Origin: Hyphochytrium catenoides
Lineage: Eukaryota; Protista; Hyphochytriomycota
Length of the DNA stretch: 64,000 bases
Assembly: GCA_900088475.1 (NCBI GenBank)
Contig: FLMG01000368.1
Span: 62,001-126,000, forward strand
Direction: 5' to 3'
The translations under genes and the position numbers were made by a program. Below the pieces are notes generated by a model. That model was not told the DNA's origin, searched no databases, and worked only from the letters and a program-made list of their open reading frames with translations. Position 1 is the stretch's first letter; each line of letters begins with the position of its first letter. Positions 24,401 to 34,663 of this stretch are shown here, one piece after another.

Positions 24401-25177
24401 GAATCTTCTTGACGAGCTCGGGGTCTGAGTCCTCGCTACGATGACTCGATTCCACAAAAACCACACCTCCGACGCGAGGTAGCATCTCTTCACTCTGATG
24501 ACCAAGCAGGTTTTTGACCAGCACTCCTCCATAGCCAAAGCAAATGAAGCTAACCTCCTCCGCCTGAGAAGGAAGAATATAGGTCTCCCATACGTGGGAC
24601 ATGTGCTCCTCAGCTGTGGAGGAAGAAGGAATATTCACTTTCTCAATAGCTCCGTCCGCTGTGGTCACAGCCACATGTGTCAGATTCGGGTTCAGAACAA
24701 GCACGCCGTAGTGCTCCTTCTGTGCGGCCTTAAAGTACGGTAGCATGGAACCGCTCTTAAGACCATGCCTTAAAACGACACTGCGGGACCAAATCCCCGG
24801 CGCAAGGCCCCGGCCACTAGCTACAAAGACTAAAAGCTTTTTGGCAGATGAAAACCCCGTGCTGGCAAAGATGTTACACCTCGCCTCTGCATCTTCCTCT
24901 GGAATCCAAAGCTCTTCAAATCCCAACTCTTCTTTCATAATAGAGTGTACATACGAGATGATGCAGGCCAGCAGCTGCTCACCTTCCACGGCGCTGCCAA
25001 CCTCCGTGAATGGCTCCTTTGTCTCTTTATTCCTGAGAGACCCATCGGCATCGATTTCAAACGAAGGGTGCTCGAAAGTCACTGCGTTGAGAGCAGCAAC
25101 AATAGTAAATAAACTGTATAGATGACTCCTACAGGCAACGTTTTTTGCTACTCACCTTTCGATGCTGGCGCAGCCAT
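21435..25177 (-). CDS. AGC Ser/Thr kinase (AKT/SGK-like) with N-terminal Arb2/FAM172-like domain and FYVE finger, about 10 exons, one segment lost in the N-gap
   Basis: Kinase motifs GKGAFGKV, YAMKVLKK, YRDLKLEN, DFG, TFCGTAEYIAPE, DWWSFG and hydrophobic motif FDGFTY. FYVE motif RRHHCRMCG...RVC. Exons 25177-25156, 25081-24272, 24063-23507, 23307-23224, 23038-22965, [gap]-22830, 22705-22590, 22387-22107, 21900-21810, 21536-21435. Confidence 0.92.
22905..22909. other. Assembly gap, probably much longer than 5 nt. Other gaps: 6125-6175, 18987-19050, 25630-25654, 39578-39634.
   Basis: The conserved kinase segment between MDYYPG and ALSHLHQLGIAYRD (about 25-30 codons) is missing exactly here. Confidence 0.85.
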
Positions 25178-25575
25178 CTTCCTTCTCTGCAGCCTGCAGC
25201 CCAGTTAGAGATCCAGAAATGTCCTTGGCAACGTAACCGGTAGCAATAGAGTAGAGAGAGTGGGCCTGAACTCCGTCAGAGAGCCTAAGGATGCCAGGGT
25301 GTGGAGCTCTATGAAGCCATCAGAGTCCTTTGGAACCTGACTCGAGGTTCTAATTCAGGCTGCTGTTTGTTCCAAAACAGTAAATCAGCCGCAGCAAAAA
25401 GAGTCTAAAGAGAGAAGAAGGGAGCAATTAATCTGCCTGCACCGAAGCAAACTAAGATTATTGGCGTCTGAAACTATCGCTCTTCAAAAAGCTCCAGGTG
25501 GATAATCTGCAGAGCTTCAGAAGTATTAAGGAGACTCTGTCATTGTCCGATGCGAATGCCTTTCCCCTGCCGCAC

Positions 25576-25595
25576 GCTCTCTCTCTTTCTCTCTC

Positions 25596-25629
<34 letters not shown>

Positions 25630-25722
25630 NNNNNNNNNNNNNNNNNNNNNNNNNACTCTCTCTCTCTCTCTCTCTCTCGCTCTCTCTCTCTTTCTCTCCC
25701 TCTCTCTCTCTCTCTCTCTCCC
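25576..25722 (+). repeat. (CT)n microsatellite containing assembly gap 25630-25654
   Basis: Visible CT runs upstream of the kinase gene. Confidence 0.95.
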
Positions 25723-27417
25723 CCTTCCCCAAACAAAGCGTCATCAGACTGAGAGACAGTGTCTGCACCTAATGGGAAACTCTCGAAGTCCCAGTATTGT
25801 CTCTCTCCTCTCTGTCTCTCTGTCCGGCTCCTTTTATCACCTTCAGCCCTTATCTCTCTTGGCTCTTTCTTGAAGTAGAGCGAGAAGTAAGTGTTGGCGT
25901 ATCTATAGCTGACTCTGTCTCGCTAATACCCCATGGTTTGGATAATAACTTTCTGATTCATTCTCAGCTTTCTGTTGGCCTCTGTCTCGCGGTCCTAACA
26001 TGAAGACTTGACCTGATAAAAGAGCTTGTTTGTACAGTAGTTCTTTCGGTGAAGGGGGGTAGCCCTGCGTCCCTAGGGTCCGTGGCAAGTTGTGATCAGC
26101 TTGTACACTGCAAGTTAATGTTCCAGCAGATGAAGGTGACCCCCGATGCGCATAGGTAAGGAGGCCACTCCCCAGACCCACTTGGGAAATCTATGTTAGC
26201 GTATTACTAGGCTAAAAGGTGAGGCAAGAGGAAAAAGTAAAGTTATTACTACTGCCTGGTTGAAGGATGGGAGTGATGTGTCCGTCTCTCCCTCCTCCTC
26301 CTCCCTCTCCTCTTCCTTCCTTGTGCCAACAGCAACCATCAGAATCACTACGAACATTTATTCTGATCCAATAACTTCTGAATTACCGAAAGTAAATTGC
26401 AACTCACGTAGACTAGACACCGTATCTGACAAACTACCGAACCTTAATGTGGGCTGGAGTTGAATACCTCGAGGAATTTGGGAAGAATCCCGAAGGTGCC
26501 CCTGACTCCCGAGGTCTCTTAATAACATTTGTCGAAAATATTACTTGGAGTGCTACATGGCGGCGTTGGAAGACATGTATGACTGTAGAGACTCCGCCGC
26601 TCCAAGCGGCGCCATCAGTAGAACTATGCAGAGAACGTGAAGATGGAAGCACGAGAGAGGCATAATGCTAGGGGGGGAGAAGGGCAAACCACGAGGAAAC
26701 GTTATAAGTTGTCGACACCGGGTGGTGGGGCCTGGGGTGCCGTCTGCGTTGTCCTGGGCCCTGGCTCGTCATAAGAGGCAGGCTAGCCTGATCGTGCTGC
26801 CGGTGTTGGCCTGTTGGCATGCTGAGGGTCTATAGAACTATTGTTGGCTGCAAGAGCCTTGGCCGTAGTTAGAAATGCCTTTTTTCTGCCAGGTTCCACG
26901 GATTAACCCTCATCTCTAATAAAGACGCCAATTGCAAGCCAATGTGTCGTCAGCAGGACAAAAGAGAAGCTAAAGGGTGGAAAGTTCTGCCCCTTTGGAA
27001 GGGTGATGGATGTTAGGGGAAGAAGCGAGAAGTGTCACTAAACGCTTCCTTCCCCTCATAACTTCACATCATCAACTTTATTTTATGCGACTCTTTTCTA
27101 ACCCTCACTACTATGAAAGCCATCCTCCGGATACTCTGTTTCCTTTAGCTTTAATCCAACCCTTTCTACACTCGTTTAGCCTCACAAAGAAGTGTCTGGA
27201 CGAACGAAGAACGCTGCATTAGCTGGTTGAAGAATCATGCCATAATGACTGGGAAAGCGCACGTCACGTCTTGTACTTTAGATAGCTCCTCCTCCGAGCA
27301 GCTTTAAGAATAGCAATCTCCAAATTTGGCCCCCCATCCTTGTGTTCCTTTCCGCCTCGGCTTATGGCGTATGGGCAATAAATACTAAGCTCTATCTAGT
27401 GAGTTCCCAGCCCAAGC

Positions 27418-30400
27418 TCAACCTCCATCGGCGGACTGCTTTCCGACCTCTAAAAAGAAGTCCCGCATCACAACTTTGCCTAAAAACAGATTCTTCAAGC
27501 GCATCCGCTCGTTCTGTCGAGCAAGGTCTGGTCAGCATTAGGGTTGGGACATTCAAGAGTGATACGAGCACTTCTCTTTTTCCTGGGATGCATGAAATAG
27601 AAGAGGCACAAGGAATCTTCGAACGCACCTGCAGATGGGCGCTATCCGTGGACTGCCCCATGGGAAAGTGCAATGCTGGCGCCTTGAAATGATCAGCCAG
27701 GAATGAGGTCGCCTGAATCGTACCACCTTCGCGGACATAATTCGGTTTTACACCCCAGTGCTTATGTATTGCGCGCTCAGCAGCCCTGTAGTACATCTGA
27801 CAGGGAGATTAGCTGCAAGTAGTGCTCAATAGAGAGGGCTAAGAAACAGTCGGAGCGTTGTATAAACTCGCCCTTTCGTCCTCTCCCTCAATTCCTGTAA
27901 GCCCCACCGTCACAGAGCAAACTATCTTCTGGCGGATGGCCTTATCTGGCTAGGCAATGACAGTAGACTCTGCTCTCTGCCAGACACATCCGCTCCAGCT
28001 TCTTTACAGGTCCTTGCTCCTGCCGTCCAGGTGACCGTCCGGCACCCTTTTATTATGTCATGACATCATCTTACATTATTTGTATCTGCCAGCCACCATC
28101 CAATGCTCCGCTTGACAGATATAGAGAGGTGGTTCCAGGTGTCAAGCGCCTGGAATTGCTCTTGGCAGTGTGCAATAAAGCGCTCCGCAACTTTCTCAGA
28201 CTCCTGGTCAGGCACTGTCCGAATTGTCACCATTGCCTATGCCGAGCGGCAGTTAGCAGTCAACAAGAGTGGTCCGGAGTTACTCAAGGGCAGCTTGCGA
28301 CAGCAGCAATGGGAAATCGGAGAGAAGAGAAGAAGAACGAAAGAGCGCACAAGCATATTGAGGGCAGATATGAAAGTAAGGGTTCAACAAGTCGTCAAAT
28401 AGAATCTAGCTACGCAGTTGCAAATAAGGATAAATGGAGGGATCTGTTGGGGCAGAGGCTTTGCCAAGTTGTAGAGCAGCTGCAAACAACTTGCCAGAGA
28501 AGAGGCAAAGGACGTACCATAGCTCCTCGAGGAATGACCGAGTGATCATCCAAGGAAGATTTGAAACATGTCACTGAAACTGAGGGGCTCCTCCAGCGAC
28601 TCATAAGAACCTACAGTAAACTCTCGTTATGAGAGGGACGAGGCAATGAAGGCAGCTTACACTTTCTCCCCGATCTATATATATTCTTCTACCCTTTGTC
28701 CCACTCTCTTGTATTGTATCAAGTGCAAAGCCTCGGAGTGTCTCTCTTTAACATACCTGTTTCTTGGCTTTATTCCTTCGAGAGTCAGCTCGGGACGACG
28801 CTGACGAATCTGCTTTGGCACTTAAAGACGGTCTCCGGGCTGTATTAAAGAGATTATCAGCTTTCTGGCTAAGTAGACCTGTTCACTGAGGCGACTTTAT
28901 CCCCTAGTGAGAAGGTGTTCTCCTTAAGTTGTGTCGTTCCGCTTAGGCCAATGCTGCTCTTTCACCCCTCTTCCGTCTAACTTGAGCTTCAATGAAATAA
29001 GTGAGCTTGCTCTCTTTACCTGTGGGCTCGCTTACAGCATTAACAACGGAAGAGCTACTTGAAGAGCTACCAAGAAAACTACCCATGCGGAAACCTCCGG
29101 GTGTAGACGCCCCAGACGGAAGGGGATCCTCCCAACGGAGTTTCGGGATGCCGTTCACAGCTTTGTAGCCCTCGAAATCCCAGTCAATTGCGTCGTATAG
29201 CGCCTCTTCCGCAGGCCCTACAGGCCTTACATTGTCATAGAAGCCGGGCGCGGTGCACAATCCTGATGGTGGAAGACAGTGGCGTAGGAGCGGTTACAAT
29301 GGGTTGGAATCTCCAGGTGTACGCTATGATTAGAGCTCACTTCCCAGCTTTATTATTCTCTCCCTGCAAATCTCTTCAATCACATGCATATTCCATTACC
29401 TGTCTTGCTGTCAATCACCGAGGACAGCAGCGCAATGAGGTCTACAAGGGGCTCTCTTATAGATCCGCCATCGACTCCAGTGTGCAAGTCGCGCTTTGCG
29501 CCGCTCACCTGGAAGAAAAAAGTCAACGGACATACAGTGGTGGGTTGTCGTAGGCTGTTTGCCCATTTTTCTTCTATATTTGTCTCCATAAGCAGGCTAG
29601 AAATAGGATAAAGGGCTAGCTGTAGGCAGGAGTTGGTAAAGGTCGGTAAGGAGGACTACATGCAGAAGATGAAGGAAAGGTTAGGCACTTTCTTAGAGAC
29701 AAACCTCAAGTGAGCATAGGATTTGACCGCGCAATCCATAGGTGAGGCATGGGGTGTCCTCGCCAAGCCAGTAGTTATTGCTTATAAAAACTAGGCTCAC
29801 AGCTTCAAACCAGTCACTGTTCTCTAAAATGGCTTCTTTGAATCCTCCGCTTCCTGCAGATATCGCGCATTAATCAGGATAGGTGCCACAGTCCTTCATC
29901 TTCCTCGTATCGTCGTCGCTGCTATTTGATCAGACATGCATAAGAAGCAGTGAATCAGCTTACCGTTTTCGCCTTCTCCCTCGAACACGAAGATGAAGTT
30001 AGGAACCTTTCCATTCTCGACATTCTCCCTTTCTAGGTTCACAGCTTCTTGGATAGCATAGAAAAGGGCAATTATAGGTCCCTTGTCATCTGATACTCCA
30101 CGTCCATAGAGATAGCCATCCCGGCCAGTAAGAGAAAATGGAGGAGAATGCCATCCATCCCTTTCATTGGCCGGTACCACGTCGCTGGTCAGCAGATAGA
30201 AACATTTTGTGAGCCTAGGCAAATCAAAAATGCCGGCAGATCGTAGTCACGTACTAATGGCCATATACGAGAATGGTCTTCAAGCTGGGATCGCGCACCA
30301 GTTTTCCTAGCACCACGGGGTTCTGCGATGGACTCGAATGTGCCAACCTCGTTTCCGCGCCCAAATGATAAAGTAAAGACTGAAGAGGGAAAGCATTGTC

Positions 30401-33105
30401 ACAGCGGTCAGGTAATAATGGAAAAAAGGGAAAGGAGAGCAACATGTTCCCCATTCATTTCCCTACCTGCAGCATTTTGGCGCCCCTCCAGCACTCCTCA
30501 TGGGAAGTTGGGTCTCCACTGACGGTTCTAATGCCCACGAACTGCCTGAGCAGGTAGATCATTGAGCCTTCGGACTTCCTTCCTCTGCAACGTTAGGCAT
30601 CTGGTTAGAGAATAGGCCGAACAACCATGATTTATGTGTACAACTGACTGGCGTACTTGTCGTTCCCGATATAGGGGAGACTTCTATTCAGTAGCCACTC
30701 GGGGTTAGCGTTGGAAGGCTCCATAAAGTTCACATCCCAGACCTGTTATCCAAACCTTAGCAAGGACAGTTGCCCCAATTCTTGATTTTTGAAAGGTTAG
30801 ACTATAATTTGGGCAAACCTTTACGGCACCATCAGCTGAAGCGCTAACCACGAAGACATCAGCACAGACCAAAGAGTGAACCACACTTTCGTGCCCATGG
30901 AGAGTCTGTCCAACAGCGACCACACCGTACATGCACACAATGGAAAGAGACGTAAGCCACCATTCTCCAGTGCCAATTACGAGGGTTATTACCGTGATCT
31001 TTGTGAGAGTGTTCGTGTCCCATATACAGACAGTGTTATCTGCCGACCCGCTGCACAGCCGTCTACCATTCAATGCAGTGCAGAGGCAAAGGACCTAAGA
31101 AGGAATATGCATACCGTTAGGCCGCCATTCTGTGTTCCACGCAAAGAGCACAAGAGTGCTAAGGAAGACTACCTCCGCTTCGTGGCCCTGCAATACAGTC
31201 TTACACTTTAAGGAATCGGTATCCCAGCAACGAATGGTCTTATCCTGGGACCCTGAGTAGGCAGAAAGAGTGATAGTCTGAGAACAAGCCGGAAAGGTGT
31301 AAGGCAGAGGGACCATTGAACATCTCAAGATATGTCTGAAACGTAAAAGCGACAAAGAGGTTAATCGCCGGTCCCTCATTCACGCTTTGGATGTACCTGA
31401 AAATACCATGCTATCTGATATGTCAAGAGCAAAGACGCTGCCACTGTGACCAACAAGCGTCGTCACTCTTTCTAGGTTTGGCAAGCTCCAAACGATAATC
31501 TGCCCATCTCCTCCACCAGTGAAGAGCCGCTCGCCGCTGCTGGATCCAATGCTTGAGTCTAGCGGTTGGTGTTGGCTCTTTGTCGCGTCTGCTTTACGTT
31601 CCACAGCTGTGCAGTATACAAAGCCGAAGTGTCCCTTTAGATGCCGCCAATGACGCAAGGGGTTGAAACTAGAGTCCATATCAACTATCTAGACCATGGA
31701 TACATTAGTCGATGTGGACTATAATACGTGAGGTCGATAATGAGAGGCCAAAGGGAAGAGGAGAGCTGAAGGGGGACTCCAAAAGAAAGTGACCCATCAA
31801 CGGTGGCGCAGGGTAGCAGGAACTGGACGATGGAAGAGGCTACGAAGTTGCAGGTTGCTTAAGGAGCGGCCATTCGAGTGTAGAAAGACATAAAAGTTTG
31901 AAGAGAGTCCATTCTTAAGACCTTTGCATCTTGGCCGGAGCCGTTGCCGTGTGCTTCTTCACTGTCTCCTGCCAAGCGGAAGTCAATCCCCGGCAGTAGA
32001 GGTATGGGAGAGGAAGAAGGGAAGCAGAGGGCTCAACCGCGAACCAAAGATAGCAAGTAATTAAGCCAATAGAATCTCAACGAGATCTTTCCTACCAGGA
32101 GATAAATATTGAGCCGTCCGGACGGAGGTATCCTGAAGGCCGAAGATCAAGGTAGAGCCAGAACCTGCGAGGGCCAGGATAATAGCCCTGGTGACGGTTG
32201 TGACGGAAAGGCAGGCAAACCCGTTGTGGATGTCCCAGACCCGACATGTCTTATCTGCTGCCACAGAGAAGAGTTTCCCGTCTAATACTAGGAGTGCTAA
32301 AAAGGAAATCATGCAAGTCAGTCCTCCTCACTCTTCGCACCAGCGTGACCACGCTTGTACGTGCCAGCGCTTTCCTCACTTCTCACTGCGATCTGAACTG
32401 CTTAAGCCTTATCTAATACTTTCCCTAATCCCTCCGTCCGTTCCCCTTCGCATTGTTCTATGCGTAGATACATGTTTCTTCCTCAAACTCTCTCTCTCTC
32501 TTTCCGCCCTAAATCTCTCTCTTTCCTCCCTTCTCTCTCTCTCTCTCTCGCTTCTCCCTTGATCTCTCTCTTATCCGGTCTTCTGAGTGGCCTTGGACCT
32601 CAGGCCCATCTATCCTGCTAACAAGTGTCTCACCTGTGATGCTCCGCCCATGCCCATGGATCTCATGAATGCACTTGAATTCTTCCAGGTCCCAAACCTT
32701 TATGACATTATCTTCTTGTCCGACGAACAACCTTTGCCAAAAGCGAGAAAGTATGGTCCATGAATCCCGGCTGTCATTAGTCCAAGCACCAAAAAGCATC
32801 ACACCTTAGAGGATCCTCGGTCACAGCCATTGCCGTCACAATGCTAGTGTTCTGAAGTGTCATAAAAGCTGATACCGGGTTCCGTGACTGCTGCTCTTCT
32901 TCTAACGTAGCACTCAACTGTTAAGTAATTGACGCCAAGGAAAGCCAGAAGCCTCACCTAAGGTCGAGACAAGCATCTCCCCAAACTTGCGGATGCCCTT
33001 GTTAATGTGCAGAGGCCCCGCACAGCTCCTACTTGCGGAGACAATGGAAGGAATGTGGTCGGCAAGAGCCTTTGGTGAAAAAACATGCCTAGCTTCGTGC
33101 GCCAT
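27418..33105 (-). CDS. DUG2: Dug2-like protein: N-terminal WD40 repeats plus C-terminal M20A peptidase-like domain, many exons
   Basis: WD repeats (SVAADKTCRVWD, SGSQDKTIRCWD, SGSADNTVCIWD), then YGHYDVVPA, GRGVSDDKGP, ISNNYWLGEDTPCLTYGLRG, DLHTGVDGG, REGGTI and DSAHLQNERM. Stop TGA at 27418-27420. Confidence 0.85.
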
Positions 33106-33642
33106 GCTGCCAGAGGGTGCCGTTATTTAGGGTCTTGGTCCTTGCTAGGCGCTTGTTACTTCATGGGCAGGCTGCTGCGATAGTCTCCTGAAAACAGGGA
33201 GTCTATTGCCTTCATCCGCCGCTAACGCGACGACAGTTGCCATGCTCAGAGCTGCTTTCTCATTGAGCCCTAGGGAAGGTGCTTGCCTCATTGCGAAGGC
33301 CAGCGCCGATCGGTGCTGTAGCTTTTGGCATCTTCAGATTCTCGAGGTCAAGCTCAATATCACCTTCCGTGAGAGGAGGTCTCTGTACTCCCCCAGGAAT
33401 GAAAAACCATATAAAGGAATCAGTTATTAGTAACCGGTCAATGTCTTCATGAGATTCATGATAACAGCCTCCTATAATGCTGTGTATCAGGGATATATAA
33501 CCGTACATCAGAGATAACGTCCGCAACCACAGCCCTTCTATCAGACCGTTTCTCTCTTTGGTTCTGACAGACGTCGAAGCGACATGCCATCCCTTGCTCG
33601 GCACAGTGCCCTGAGGAGCCATCATCAGCATCATCAGCATCG

Positions 33643-33746
33643 GAAGGGAGACACAACGCAGGGTTGGCCCAGCTCCCAGCGCATTGCATTAGAAGAAGGG
33701 AGACACAACGCAGGGTTGGCCCAGCTCCCAGCGCATCGCATTAGAA
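33643..33746 (+). repeat. Tandem duplication, 52 bp x 2, one mismatch
   Basis: GAAGGGAGACACAACGCAGGGTTGGCCCAGCTCCCAGCGCAT(T/C)GCATTAGAA starts at 33643 and again at 33695. Confidence 0.95.
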
Positions 33747-34058
33747 GAGAGAAGATGCTCTCTGTCAAAAAGAATAGTCAAAGAGGTAAACCACTTCTAT
33801 CTGGAAGCCTGCGGAGAACAGGATGCTGTTCTAGAGGCCCTAAGGCCGCAACGAAGCAATTTATCATTGGTACATGCCCATGCCCTAGATCATCCCTCGT
33901 GTTCACGCTCTCTCGCAGATTTCGGCATTGAAGTTGAGCATGAGTTGACCCAGCTTCTAGGAAGCTCACTAATGGATCCTAAGGCTCAAATCTTGGTCAA
34001 ACGGAGCCCTATTAGCTGAAGGAAGCCGCGCTCCGGGACCGCTCACCTGTTTGACATC

Positions 34059-34628
34059 ATGACGCTAAAGCCTGAGCTCCCCCAAGGGCTAGTCATTGGG
34101 GTTAGTGATGTCTATTCTGCGATTTGAAGGGCGATTTATCTAACACCCGCCTTCAGTGTCTAGCCCGCATCTGTGAGCACAAAGAGTTTAGCAAGCGTGG
34201 TATCGTGGACCTGGAAGTCAACCAAAAAAAAATTAGTGTCCTTCCTTCCATGCTGGATGGCGACAAGGTACTCAAATGCAATCGACACAAACCAGAGCCG
34301 AGACTAAATATCCTCACTCCTGATTGCGCCGGCATGTCCTTCTGCTTGATCCTCTTCCTTCCTTTGTCTTCCTGTGCTTGTGAACCTCGGCGCAACATAT
34401 TATCCCTACCTTCTCTTGATCGAATGCTGTCTAGCACATGCAACCCGTCGAGTTTGATCGGATCTTCAAGCCTGCGGAGGGTACTGTTCTTATGGAGGCT
34501 GGGTAGGCTAGAAGCCCAGAGAATACTTGTCCTAACGGAATGCACTGTTGGGCTTCGCTAATGGTGTTTTCTAAACCTTATAGCCCATTGTCCATTAACA
34601 ATCCACACATCTGCCTCCTTCTCCTCTC

Positions 34629-34663
<35 letters not shown>

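Noticed and set aside
25900-26960. Short ORFs (e.g. 26447-26665) between the kinase and Dug2-like genes
   Set aside because: No recognisable motif or consistent splice structure. Could be UTR or degraded sequence.
33260-33640. 126-aa minus ORF upstream of the Dug2-like gene
   Set aside because: No homology or motif, and it overlaps simple repeats in a divergent promoter region.
33643-33746. Direct repeats as a CRISPR-like array
   Set aside because: Only two abutting copies, no spacers, eukaryotic context and no cas genes.
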